DNA from: Acutalibacteraceae bacterium
Lineage (GTDB): Bacteria > Bacillota > Clostridia > Oscillospirales > Acutalibacteraceae
Direction: 5' to 3'
Length of the DNA: 64,000 nt
Assembly: GCA_045542535.1 (NCBI GenBank)
Contig: JAZQLF010000027.1
Span: 14,793-78,792, forward strand
Part shown: positions 20,873-30,424 of the stretch, in pieces
Layout of the letters: each line of letters opens with the position of its first letter
Numbering within the stretch: the stretch's first letter is position 1
Program-made: the position numbers and the translations under genes
The notes under the pieces: generated by a model
The model's database searches: none
What the model saw: the letters and a program-made list of their open reading frames with translations, nothing else
Told to the model about the DNA's origin: nothing

Positions 20873-20924
20873 TATTTCACCGCCCTTTATATATTATTTA
20901 CTGATTTTTTAGTTATTCGTCGTT

Positions 20925-21037
20925 AAAGTGGCAAGTTGAAAGTGGAAAGTGGAAAGTTTTGGGTCTGCGACGCAATTATAATGTTTGGAAGCGAAGCTTC
21001 CCCTAACCTCTTCACTCTTCACTTTTCACTCTTCACT
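20925..21037. repeat. Imperfect purine/pyrimidine inverted repeat around a GGAAGC-GAA-GCTTCC hairpin
   Basis: Left arm is AAAGTGGCAAGTTGAAAGTGGAAAGTGGAAAGT and right arm is CCTCTTCACTCTTCACTTTTCACTCTTCACT, about 21/31 complementary. The right arm overlaps the last codons of hemZ. Confidence 0.5.
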
Positions 21038-22486
21038 ATAAAATGTCTTCATTCTCTCTTTCTTCTCCAATATCTCTTCAAATCGAGATATGTATTCAAA
21101 TGGGTATTTGAAATTGAAAATTCTTTCGATAACGCTTCCGTCCTCTGTACGAAGCTTTGTAACCGCACCTGCACCAACGGAAAAAATGCTCTGATATTCT
21201 TCCATCATAAGAACATTATAAAAGCATTCTTTATCTTTTTTGCACCAACCTACATTTTCGAGATTACCTAAAGATTTGCTCTGGCGGTACATATAGTAAG
21301 GGTAATAGCCATTTTCGGTAAGAGTTTTTCCCGCATAGTCAAGCATTGCCCAGATATCTTTATCGGAAACAGAATCGCTTTCATTTTCTGTAACAATAGT
21401 TGACGAGCGTTTAAGGGCTAAAGTGTGGACTGTTATATTATCTGCCCCTAATTCAACTGCTCTGTCAATGCTCTTTTTAAAGCTTTCAACAGTATCTGTG
21501 GGAAGTCCTGCAATCAAATCCATATTAATTGCGTCAAAACCCACTTCACGGGCAAGGAGATATTTTTCCTCTGTCTGTGCCGTTGTATGACGCCTGCCGA
21601 TTGCGTTCAAAACGCTGTCGGAAAAAGTCTGGGGATTTATACTTATTCTTCCCACATTATGTTTTTTAAGAACTTCCAGTTTTTCTTTTGTAACTGTATC
21701 GGGCCTACCTGCTTCAACTGTGTATTCAAGGCAACCTGATAAATCAAAAACATTTTCTATATGAGTAAGAATTAAATCCAACTCTTCTTTTTCTAAGGTT
21801 GTGGGAGTGCCTCCGCCCCAATAAACGCTTGTAAGTCGCAAATTATTCTGCTTTGCCATCCGGGCAGTAAAGGTAAGTTCTTCTAAAAGTTTTTCAATGT
21901 AATCAGGAATAAGGTTTTTTGCCTTTTCTGAATTTATTGAATGGGAAACAAAAGAACAATAACTGCACCTTGTTGGGCAAAAAGGAATACTGATATACAA
22001 GCTAAAGGAGTTCTCCCCTGCTTTTTCGATGATCTTAAGTTCGGTTTTTGCTACATTTATTGCAAGCTCTGTTTTTTCCGGAGATACCTTATAGGTATTG
22101 AGAAACCAATCTCTTGCATTGTCCTCACCGTAGAGAGAAAGACGTTTTACAATAAGCTTTGAGGGTCTTACACCTGTAAGTATTCCCCATTTAGGTGTAA
22201 AACCGCACATTTCACAGAGCAAATCGAATGCCAAAAGCAATAACTCAAGTTCCAGATCATCGCATTCGTCTTTTTTAACTGTTTTCGTTTTTCTCTGAGT
22301 TTCACCTTTAAGAGAAAGCTCCGCAGTTAATGCAAGAAAATCCTCCCCATCAATACGAGTGAGAAGATAATCTTCCCTGTCTTCAGAAAACTCTGTGTAT
22401 TCAATTATTTTTTCAAGAGGGAAAAACAATCTTAAAAGCTTTTCCGCCTCATATCTGTAATTATGATTAATGTAATATAAATTCAT
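21026..22486 (-). CDS. hemZ: Radical-SAM coproporphyrinogen dehydrogenase-like protein HemZ
   Basis: CPTRCSYCSF (CxxxCxxC) with a long N-terminal extension typical of HemZ. Confidence 0.8.
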   Translation of the reverse strand: MNLYYINHNYRYEAEKLLRLFFPLEKIIEYTEFSEDREDYLLTRIDGEDFLALTAELSLKGETQRKTKTVKKDECDDLELELLLLAFDLLCEMCGFTPKWGILTGVRPSKLIVKRLSLYGEDNARDWFLNTYKVSPEKTELAINVAKTELKIIEKAGENSFSLYISIPFCPTRCSYCSFVSHSINSEKAKNLIPDYIEKLLEELTFTARMAKQNNLRLTSVYWGGGTPTTLEKEELDLILTHIENVFDLSGCLEYTVEAGRPDTVTKEKLEVLKKHNVGRISINPQTFSDSVLNAIGRRHTTAQTEEKYLLAREVGFDAINMDLIAGLPTDTVESFKKSIDRAVELGADNITVHTLALKRSSTIVTENESDSVSDKDIWAMLDYAGKTLTENGYYPYYMYRQSKSLGNLENVGWCKKDKECFYNVLMMEEYQSIFSVGAGAVTKLRTEDGSVIERIFNFKYPFEYISRFEEILEKKERMKTFYSEE

Positions 22487-23127
22487 CTTAAAAACATATT
22501 GGTTCTTTTTTCGTAGCCTATTGTGGAGCTTTCGCCGTGACCTGTGTGAATAACGTAATCATCCGGAAATTCTTTCATCATTTTAAGAGTTCTCAGAAGA
22601 GCGAAAGCGTCACCGCCTTTAAAAGTAGTTCTGCCCACACTTCCGCAGAAGAGTGTATCTCCTGTGAAAATTATTTTTTCGTCTTTCAGAACGTACAAAA
22701 CACCACCGGGAGTGTGACCGGGAGCAGAATGAATTTCAATATTTATATTGCCTATTGAAAACCTATCACCCTGAGAAAATCTCACATCGGGAACACAGGG
22801 CTCAAAATCCGCTTTGAAAATTGTTGCGAGAGAAAGCAATCCGTTTTCAAGGTATGGGGTATCTTCCTCGCCGATGCCGATTTTAGCATTGGGGTATTCT
22901 TTTTTCATTTTAGCAACGCCGCAAATATGGTCAAAATGACCGTGAGTGCAGAGAATATATTTAAGTTCAGTCATTCCCGAACGTTCAATGGCATTTTTAA
23001 CTTCTCCTGTATATTCACCGGGGTCGATAACTGCACCGATTTTCGTTTCTTCATCACAAAGAATAAAGCAGTTTGCCTCAAGCTCGCCTACACTCACACA
23101 TTCAAGAATCATTTCTTTCCACTCCAA
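22483..23127 (-). CDS. MBL-fold metallo-hydrolase (glyoxalase II-like)
   Basis: THGHFDH motif and GHTPG. An alternative ATG lies at 23112. Confidence 0.8.
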   Translation of the reverse strand: MEWKEMILECVSVGELEANCFILCDEETKIGAVIDPGEYTGEVKNAIERSGMTELKYILCTHGHFDHICGVAKMKKEYPNAKIGIGEEDTPYLENGLLSLATIFKADFEPCVPDVRFSQGDRFSIGNINIEIHSAPGHTPGGVLYVLKDEKIIFTGDTLFCGSVGRTTFKGGDAFALLRTLKMMKEFPDDYVIHTGHGESSTIGYEKRTNMFLR

Positions 23128-23570
23128 ATATCTGTATCAAAGCATATTGTTACGGGTCCGTCATTTACAAGAGAAACCTTCATATCTGCCGCGAAAATGC
23201 CTTTTTCAACTTTTTTTACACCGTTCTTTTTAAGTTCATCGCAATAAAGCTCATAAAGTCGGTTTGCATTCTGGGGATCTTCGCTATCTGTAAAAGAAGG
23301 TCTGTTGCCTTTTTTGCAATCGGCACAAAGAGTAAATTGAGAAATTGCAAGAATTTCACCGTCTATATCAAGAACAGATTTATTCATTTTTCCGTTTTCA
23401 TCCTCAAACACTCTTAAAGATGCAGTTTTTCTTGCAAGAAGTTCTGCTTCTTTTTCGGTATCGCCTTTAACAACACCTAAAAGAATCATATAACCCTTGC
23501 CCGATTGACCTACAATTTTTCCGTCAACTGCAACTGAGCTTTCAAGAACTCTCTGTATTACGGCTCTCAT
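23109..23570 (-). CDS. dtd: D-aminoacyl-tRNA deacylase
   Basis: MRAVIQRV...ISQFTL...SF...A, 153 aa. Confidence 0.9.
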   Translation of the reverse strand: MRAVIQRVLESSVAVDGKIVGQSGKGYMILLGVVKGDTEKEAELLARKTASLRVFEDENGKMNKSVLDIDGEILAISQFTLCADCKKGNRPSFTDSEDPQNANRLYELYCDELKKNGVKKVEKGIFAADMKVSLVNDGPVTICFDTDIWSGKK

Positions 23571-25774
23571 TAGTTTTTGCTCCTTGTAACATTTTCAACA
23601 CCGCTGATTCCCTTTAATTTTGAAATAACGATGTTAAGAGTATCAGTACTTTTAACTGTAATAGTAAGATAAATAAATGTATTTCCGTTTTTAGCATCTC
23701 TTGTGTTAATGGCGTTTATCATAACGCGCATATCTGCAAGAATATTGGCAACGTCCGCCATCATTGCCACACGGGATTCACATTCAATAGCAAGACTTGC
23801 TTTAAACTCTTTAGTCTCTGTTCCGCTTTGCCAACGAGCGCTGAGCCATCTGTTAGGTTCTTCGCAATTTGTTATATCAACGGGAACATTGGTGCAATCC
23901 CTTTTATGAACGGAAACGCCGTGACCGCGGGTTATAAATCCGATAATTTCGTCACCGGGAATGGGAGCGCAACAACGGGAAAGCTTAATAAGGCAGTTAT
24001 CAATTCCGTCAACAATTACGCCCTCACCTGCGGAATGCTTAGTGTTTTTATTATCTTCGCTGATTTTTATTTTTTCAGGTTGGCGGGATGTAACGATACG
24101 ATGATACTCGTCTCTTACAAAAGGAATAACTCTTGATATAGGAATTCCGCCGTAACCGAGAGCAGCATAAAAATCATCAACTGTGGCACAATGCTGACGC
24201 TCCGCAAGAGTTTTCACAAGACCTTCAAATTCTTCGTCAGTAAAACGAATTTTGTTTCGTCTTATTTCTCTTTCAAGCTCCGCTTTACCCTCAACAATAT
24301 TTTCTTCTCTGCGCTCTTTTTTGAACCAGGCGCGGATTTTCGTTTTTGCAGAGCTTGTTTTAACAATATTGAGCCAATCTCGGGATGGACCTTTGCCCTG
24401 CTGAGAAGAGGTAAGCACCTCAACAATTTCACCGGTTTGAACTTTATAATCAAGAGGAACAATTCTTCCGCCTACCTTTGCACCTACCATTTTTGTACCA
24501 ACGGCAGAGTGAATAGCATAGGCAAAGTCAATAACTGTTGCCCCCATAGGAAGATTTATAACATCACCTTTGGGAGTGAAAACGAAAACTTCTTCGGGAA
24601 CAAGGTCACTTTTTATGGTTGTAACAATGTCTTTTACATCGTCTGCTTCTTTTTGAGTTTCAAGAAGCTGACGAATCCAGGCAAGACGTTCTTCAAATCT
24701 TTGAGTACCGTTAAGACCTAATTTATATTTCCAGTGAGCCGCGATACCGAATTCTGCAGTATGATGCATATCCCAGGTTCTGATCTGAACCTCAAAGGGA
24801 ATACCTGCCTTGCCAAGAACTGTAGTATGAAGTGACTGATACATATTGGGCTTCGGAGTGGAAATATAATCCTTAAATCTTCCGGGAATTGGAGTAAACA
24901 TATCGTGGATTATACCAAGACAGTCATAACACTGAATGGTATTATCAACAATAATTCTTACAGCATATATATCATAAATCTCGTCAAAGTTTCTGTTTTG
25001 CATATACATTTTTCTGTATATACCGTGAACACTTTTGATTCTGCCTTCAAGCTTCGCTTCAGGAACAACCTCATGAACTCTGTCACAAATTTGCTTTTTT
25101 ATTGTTTCAAGAAATTCTTTATGAGATTTTCCCTGCTTGGAAAGAGCATCTTCAATTTCTTTATATGCAATAGGGTCGAGATAGCTTATAGCCTTATCTT
25201 CAAGCTCTTCTTTGATAGCTCTGATACCCAAGCGGTGAGCAATGGGCGCATAAATTTCCAGAGTTTCAACTGCTTTATCTCTGCGCTTCTGAGGAGGCAT
25301 AAAGTTAAGGGTTCTGATGTTATGAAGTCTGTCCGCAAGCTTAATGATAATAACCCTGATGTCTTCCGACATAGCAAGAAGCATTTTTCTAACATTTTCT
25401 GCTTGCTGCTCTTCTTTATCTTTAATATCAAGAGGAACTTTACCTAATTTTGTAAGTCCGTCAACCAAAGCGCAGATTTCTGCTCCAAACTCTTTTTTCA
25501 CATCTTCAAGAGTCATATCTGTATCTTCAACAGTATCATGAAGCATAGCCGCCGCAACAGACTGGCAGTCCATTCCGTATTCTAAAACTATTTTAGCAAC
25601 GGCGACAGGATGGATGATATAGGGCTCACCTGATGAACGCTTCTGACCCTCGTGACGAGCATTAGCAATTTCAAATGCCTTATCTATTATTTTTGCATCC
25701 TCAGGCCCGAAAACTGCAATAGCTTGTTCTTTGAGTTCGTCATACATAAGTTCTACTGACATATTTTCATCCAT
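23570..25774 (-). CDS. relA: Bifunctional (p)ppGpp synthetase/hydrolase
   Basis: HD domain HDTVEDT and synthetase YQSLHTTV, followed by TGS and ACT-like C-terminal regions. GGAGGTGA RBS. Confidence 0.95.
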   Translation of the reverse strand: MDENMSVELMYDELKEQAIAVFGPEDAKIIDKAFEIANARHEGQKRSSGEPYIIHPVAVAKIVLEYGMDCQSVAAAMLHDTVEDTDMTLEDVKKEFGAEICALVDGLTKLGKVPLDIKDKEEQQAENVRKMLLAMSEDIRVIIIKLADRLHNIRTLNFMPPQKRRDKAVETLEIYAPIAHRLGIRAIKEELEDKAISYLDPIAYKEIEDALSKQGKSHKEFLETIKKQICDRVHEVVPEAKLEGRIKSVHGIYRKMYMQNRNFDEIYDIYAVRIIVDNTIQCYDCLGIIHDMFTPIPGRFKDYISTPKPNMYQSLHTTVLGKAGIPFEVQIRTWDMHHTAEFGIAAHWKYKLGLNGTQRFEERLAWIRQLLETQKEADDVKDIVTTIKSDLVPEEVFVFTPKGDVINLPMGATVIDFAYAIHSAVGTKMVGAKVGGRIVPLDYKVQTGEIVEVLTSSQQGKGPSRDWLNIVKTSSAKTKIRAWFKKERREENIVEGKAELEREIRRNKIRFTDEEFEGLVKTLAERQHCATVDDFYAALGYGGIPISRVIPFVRDEYHRIVTSRQPEKIKISEDNKNTKHSAGEGVIVDGIDNCLIKLSRCCAPIPGDEIIGFITRGHGVSVHKRDCTNVPVDITNCEEPNRWLSARWQSGTETKEFKASLAIECESRVAMMADVANILADMRVMINAINTRDAKNGNTFIYLTITVKSTDTLNIVISKLKGISGVENVTRSKN

Positions 25775-25808
25775 TCAAGTCACCTCCTTTGTTTATATCT
25801 GTTTATTT

Positions 25809-27842
25809 TTATATATTCGCTTTTTTGAAAATCTTGCTGTTTTCAATGGGGTTTTTTACTGTTTCGGCAGGGATTTTATATTTGCCATCCTTGAAATTTA
25901 AGATTCCAAGCTCTGTTAATGCATCAAGAGAAATCTGACAAGCGGCAATTTTTTCCGCAGGAAGACCCAATCGGTAACAAAGGACCTCTGATGAAAAATT
26001 CCAACCGTCATTGCCTTTTACATACTTGTAAACATTACCGCAAAATTCTCTGCTTATACAAATTGTTTCCTTTTTTTCCTGAAAAAACTCAAGAGAAGCG
26101 CAAAAATCCTCATAATCACGAAGAGAAGAAATAACTTCATCATCGTCTGTATTACTGAGCTTTATTGCCTTTGCCTGAATACTGATCTGAGTTTTTCCCT
26201 GAAACTCGTTTTCGCTGAGTTTAACCGCCAGATCTACTGTATCTCCTACAACATAAGGGAAGTCCACAAGAGAAACGGAAAACATAATCACGGTTACATA
26301 GGCATTTTTTCTTTTTACGGTTATTCTCAAATGCTTTCCTGCACCGACGGGCTGAATAGCGGTAATTTCCATATTATAAAGCCCGAAAACAGGTTGAGGA
26401 TTTTCCGCACCAAAAGGCTCAAGAAGCTGAAGAGAAGATAACATATCACCCGTAATTGAAGAGGGATTCAACTTGCAGTCAATTTTAAGCACAGGAACAG
26501 CTGCTTCCTGATTCTGAGCATATTCGTTGATTTTATCTCTGAATTCTTCAATTTTGTCACTTTCGACAGTTAATCCTGCCGCAAGTACATGACCGCCGTA
26601 TTGAACAAGAATATCACTGCAATAAGAAAGGGCATCATAAAGACTGAAACCATCGATACTTCTGCCGCTACCCTTTGCAACATCACCATTTCTGGAAACC
26701 ACGATACAAGGCTTGCCGTACTTTTCCACAAGGCGCGATGCCACAATACCGATAACACCCTGATGCCAATCTTCGCCGTCAACTACAATAACTCTTCTGT
26801 ATTTAACCTTGGGATTAGCTTCTATATATTCAACTGCCGAAGCGGTAATCTGCGTTTCTATTGCCTGACGTTCTGTATTAGCGTTTGAAATTTCTTCCGC
26901 AATTTCTTTTGCCAGGGCTTTATCATCAGCCAAAAGAAGCTTTAACGCTCTCTCAGCTGAACCCATACGCCCTGCTGCATTAATACGGGGAGCAATTCTG
27001 TAAGCAACAGAAGAGGAATCCAAAGCACCGGTGGAACCGCTTGCATCCAGAAGAGCCTTTAAACCAAGTCTTAAAGCACCCTCTTCCAACGCCGCATTCA
27101 TAAATGCGATTCCGCTTCTTACTATTATTCTGTTTTCACCTTTAAGAGAAACAATATCTGCAACAGTACCTAATGCTACAATATCTCCATATTGCTCCAG
27201 AAGCTCATAGCCTTCGCTGTTGTCAAGAGCGCTGATAAATTTAAAAGCAACGCCAACACCTGCCCAGTCAGAAAATTCGCAAAGAGAATCTTCTCTGTGA
27301 GGATCAACAACTGCAACCGCATCGGGCAGCACCTCGCCCACCCGGTGATGGTCTGTTACCACAACATCAATACCGAGAGTTTTCGCGTAAGCCACTTCTT
27401 CTATGGCACTGATGCCGTTATCAACTGTAATAATTACATTTGTTCCTCTGCTTTTCAGAAGGTCAATTGCACCCAGATTCATTCCGTAACCCTCACCGGA
27501 GCGGTCAGGAATATAGAAATCTACATTTGCACCACGGGACGAAAGGTAGGAATATAAAAGAGCCGTCGATGTAACACCGTCGCAATCATAGTCACCGAAA
27601 ACAGTAATTCTTTCACCGTTTTCAAGGGCTAAGTTCACTCTTTCTACTGCCTTTTCCATATCGGGCAATGTGTAGGGGTCAATTAAATCCGTATCATATA
27701 AAAAGCTTTCGATTTCAAATTCGTCTGTCATTCCCCGAGAGCACAGAAGAAACGCTGCAAAAGGTTCAACTCCGCAGTTTTCTGCGATGGTTGCAGCCGC
27801 ATCTCTGTCGCAATGGGAAACGACCCATTTCTTTCGATTCAA
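25809..27842 (-). CDS. recJ: Single-stranded-DNA-specific exonuclease RecJ
   Basis: DHH motifs DYDCDGV, VVVTDHH and GGHVLAAG. TTG start follows AGGGTGA. Confidence 0.9.
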   Translation of the reverse strand: MNRKKWVVSHCDRDAAATIAENCGVEPFAAFLLCSRGMTDEFEIESFLYDTDLIDPYTLPDMEKAVERVNLALENGERITVFGDYDCDGVTSTALLYSYLSSRGANVDFYIPDRSGEGYGMNLGAIDLLKSRGTNVIITVDNGISAIEEVAYAKTLGIDVVVTDHHRVGEVLPDAVAVVDPHREDSLCEFSDWAGVGVAFKFISALDNSEGYELLEQYGDIVALGTVADIVSLKGENRIIVRSGIAFMNAALEEGALRLGLKALLDASGSTGALDSSSVAYRIAPRINAAGRMGSAERALKLLLADDKALAKEIAEEISNANTERQAIETQITASAVEYIEANPKVKYRRVIVVDGEDWHQGVIGIVASRLVEKYGKPCIVVSRNGDVAKGSGRSIDGFSLYDALSYCSDILVQYGGHVLAAGLTVESDKIEEFRDKINEYAQNQEAAVPVLKIDCKLNPSSITGDMLSSLQLLEPFGAENPQPVFGLYNMEITAIQPVGAGKHLRITVKRKNAYVTVIMFSVSLVDFPYVVGDTVDLAVKLSENEFQGKTQISIQAKAIKLSNTDDDEVISSLRDYEDFCASLEFFQEKKETICISREFCGNVYKYVKGNDGWNFSSEVLCYRLGLPAEKIAACQISLDALTELGILNFKDGKYKIPAETVKNPIENSKIFKKANI

Positions 27843-27870
27843 AAAATCACCCTATTATAATTTTACAGTT

Positions 27871-27900
27871 TATTGTAACACAAAAGGCGTTGTATTGCAA
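27871..27900 (-). promoter_or_regulatory. Putative sigma-A promoter of recJ
   Basis: On the minus strand: TTGCAA, 17 nt, TACAAT, about 25 nt upstream of the recJ RBS. Confidence 0.5.
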
Positions 27901-27923
27901 CGGAAAATGGCAAGATTTCTTAA

Positions 27924-27953
27924 GATGCCAGATGCCAGATCCCAGATGCCAGA
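27924..27953. repeat. Tandem heptamer array GATGCCA x4 (third unit GATCCCA)
   Basis: Read directly as GATGCCAGATGCCAGATCCCAGATGCCAGA. It is non-coding. Confidence 0.8.
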
Positions 27954-28018
27954 AAAATGCGGAATGTGGAGTGGGGAGTATGGAATGAGCTTCGCGAGGT
28001 GTAAAGAAAGAGCAATCC

Positions 28019-28057
28019 CTATCATCCCTGTTTGCCCTTGGCAAATAGGGATGATAG
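28019..28057. other. Strong 18-bp-stem hairpin with a 3-nt loop
   Basis: CTATCATCCCTGTTTGCC-CTT-GGCAAATAGGGATGATAG with one mismatch. No clear U-tract on either strand. Confidence 0.7.
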
Positions 28058-28100
28058 TATTCGCAAAATTAAAATAACACTTGAATTTTTAATATAAAAC

Positions 28101-28134
28101 AAAAAGTCGAAGCAACCAAACTGCTCCGACTTTT
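28101..28134 (-). terminator. Terminator of the alpha/beta hydrolase gene
   Basis: AAAAGTCGAAGCA / TGCTCCGACTTTT stem with flanking A/T runs. Confidence 0.7.
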
Positions 28135-28141
28135 ATCTGAT

Positions 28142-28888
28142 TTATATCACACCAAAAAACTTCTTCACAACAGGAAGTATAAGAAAATCTGTCTTTCTGA
28201 ATGCGGTGCTGTGTCCGCCATTGAGAACAATAACCTCTTCCGCGCCTTTAACTGCTTTGGTTATTTTTCTGGAATGTCTGCGTTTTATCATATCAAATTC
28301 ACCGAAAACATTGAGGAAAGGAACTTTAATTGCAGAAAGCTTTTTATAATTAAGCTTAGGTTGACCAACCATCATACCCTCAATTTCTCTTCTGCGTATC
28401 ATTTCCGGGTCTTTTGTAAGCGCAGCTTTAATTGCATATATTCTATGGTCCTTAATAATTCCCAACTGGTCTCCTGTTTTTGTTCCTCTTGTGTTAAGAT
28501 TCGAACCAAAAACTGCAAGGCGCTCTACATATTCAGGATATGCAACAGCAAAGCACATAGCGAGATTGCCACCATCGGAAAAACCGCAGAAGCCCGCTTT
28601 TTTCACCCCGAGATAATCAAGCAAGGCTTTTAAATCGTCGCAGAAAAGCTCAAATGTAAGCTTTTTATCGCCCAAGGGTGTATTTCCTGTTCCTCTTGTT
28701 GAAAAACGTATAATTTTAAAATATTCTGAAAGAGGTTTATATAAATCCCCCTCAAAGCAACGATAGTCACCGCCGTTACCATTAAGCATCACAAGCGGTT
28801 CTCCGTCGGGATTTCCGCTGACGTGGTATTCAAAATCCAAGCCGTCATGCTTGAAAAAGCCGTAATCCAAAACCTTTACTTCTTCCAT
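28142..28888 (-). CDS. Alpha/beta-fold hydrolase
   Basis: Nucleophile elbow GFSDGG, a C-terminal GGH, 248 aa. Confidence 0.75.
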   Translation of the reverse strand: MEEVKVLDYGFFKHDGLDFEYHVSGNPDGEPLVMLNGNGGDYRCFEGDLYKPLSEYFKIIRFSTRGTGNTPLGDKKLTFELFCDDLKALLDYLGVKKAGFCGFSDGGNLAMCFAVAYPEYVERLAVFGSNLNTRGTKTGDQLGIIKDHRIYAIKAALTKDPEMIRRREIEGMMVGQPKLNYKKLSAIKVPFLNVFGEFDMIKRRHSRKITKAVKGAEEVIVLNGGHSTAFRKTDFLILPVVKKFFGVI

Positions 28889-29009
28889 AATATACCTCCA
28901 CAGACTTTATAGAACAATAATACTCCATTTTTTTTAAAACTTCAACAGGTTGACGAAAAAGAAAGAATTTAGTACAATAATTTTCATATTTTTATTATCG
29001 AGGTTAAAG

Positions 29010-30380
29010 ATGGAACTTAAAACATACTTCGCTTCCCTTTGCAGAGAATTAGGCATTCATTTAAAAAATGAAGGTCCTGCAATAAAAGCTTTGGTTAGCG
29101 GTAAAAACGGCAAAAATAAAAACGGTTCAGTTGCCCGTTATAATTTCGGCGAGTTTTTTATGGACATTTATTATATCGAGAATTTAAAAGGTGCCGGTGT
29201 TCAGCAGGTAATCTGGCTTTCTTTCTTCTTTGACAGAGAGCCCTCCATAACCTTTTCCCTCTATGATATTTTATCGGTAACAGAACCCGAAAACTTCAAC
29301 TGCTACACCTATTCTTACGTGGACTCAAAAGAGCTTATGAAGGATTGCTTCCAAGAAATTGATGAGCTTTTACAAAGGGTTTTACCTGAATTTTCGAAAT
29401 TAGCGGAAAACGGTGTAGAAAAAAACAGACTTATTGATAAGCAAAAGCAAAAGGTTAACCAATATTTCGGGGACAATGTTATTGAAGCAAGTAATCTTTT
29501 GAAAGATTCGGGAGATAAAATTCTTTCAATGATGTTTTATAATTTCTTTCAATATCAGATTGATACTTTTGTTGTTGGCTCTCCTGCCCACTTTTTCAAA
29601 GGCAAGGAAGAAAAATCCTTGAAATCATTGAGAAAAGCTAAATATCGTTCCATTTATGAAGACAATCTTTTAGCCTATCTTGAAAACGGCGGTAAAGCTC
29701 CGGAACTTTCACAAACTGCAAAAGCTGCATCCGCAGAAAAGGGCACATCACGCCAGGGAACAGATGCAAAAGGCTCTTTGAAGCTCCTTTTATATACACT
29801 TCTTTTTGCTGTTCCCCTTTCGGCGCTTATGGCAGGTCTGTTCCTTCTTCTGACATATATAACCGCAACAGACTCCTCTTTTATTTACGGTATAAAGGAA
29901 AATTTGATTTTTATACCCTGCTTCTCTTTCTTCCCTGCAACCGCTGTTGCATTGAACATACATGCAAGGAAGAATAACAAAAACAAAGATATTCACAAAC
30001 CCGAAACCCCTAAAAAAGCAAAAACAATTTTAAAATATTTCACAATTCTCTCGGAAAGTATTGCTTTAATTTTTCTTTTTTCTTGTGTCAACTCCACATT
30101 GGTGCTTCGTGACAATAACTTTCTTTATTCAACCGAAGAATTACCGTTATCAAGAACAGTTTGCGAATACAGTTCAATTGACTATGCAGCCGTTGTAGAG
30201 GGTTATACCTATGAGGGCAAATTTCAAGAAGATAAGCATATTGTTTTTGTCACCAAAAGCGGTACTGTAATTGATACTTACAATTCCACTTTCTTCTCCG
30301 CCGAAGAATTTGAAAAAGAAGCTGCAAGTTTTTTAGAAGAAAAAGGAATTGAAATTAAACATCTTAAAACAATAGATTAA
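29010..30380 (+). CDS. Hypothetical membrane protein
   Basis: Soluble N-terminal half and 3-4 hydrophobic helices in the C-terminal half. I recognised no family. I chose the ATG at 29010 after GAGGT. Confidence 0.6.
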   Translation: MELKTYFASLCRELGIHLKNEGPAIKALVSGKNGKNKNGSVARYNFGEFFMDIYYIENLKGAGVQQVIWLSFFFDREPSITFSLYDILSVTEPENFNCYTYSYVDSKELMKDCFQEIDELLQRVLPEFSKLAENGVEKNRLIDKQKQKVNQYFGDNVIEASNLLKDSGDKILSMMFYNFFQYQIDTFVVGSPAHFFKGKEEKSLKSLRKAKYRSIYEDNLLAYLENGGKAPELSQTAKAASAEKGTSRQGTDAKGSLKLLLYTLLFAVPLSALMAGLFLLLTYITATDSSFIYGIKENLIFIPCFSFFPATAVALNIHARKNNKNKDIHKPETPKKAKTILKYFTILSESIALIFLFSCVNSTLVLRDNNFLYSTEELPLSRTVCEYSSIDYAAVVEGYTYEGKFQEDKHIVFVTKSGTVIDTYNSTFFSAEEFEKEAASFLEEKGIEIKHLKTID

Positions 30381-30384
30381 AATA

Positions 30385-30424
30385 AAAAGCTCCCCATTGA
30401 TAAATCAATGGGGAGTAACTTTTA
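30385..30424. terminator. Bidirectional terminator
   Basis: CTCCCCATTGA-TAAA-TCAATGGGGAG. Confidence 0.75.

Noticed and set aside
20936-21271. 111-aa plus-strand ORF spanning the hemZ 3' end and the intergenic repeat.
   Set aside because: It overlaps the well-supported hemZ on the opposite strand. Its N-terminal part merely translates the purine-rich repeat. I recognised no RBS or family.
27787-28077. ORFs of 96 aa (+) and 65 aa (-) in the recJ upstream region.
   Set aside because: Their composition is driven by the heptamer repeat and the hairpin (runs of P/D/A/R or W/H). They lack an RBS, so I treat the region as non-coding.
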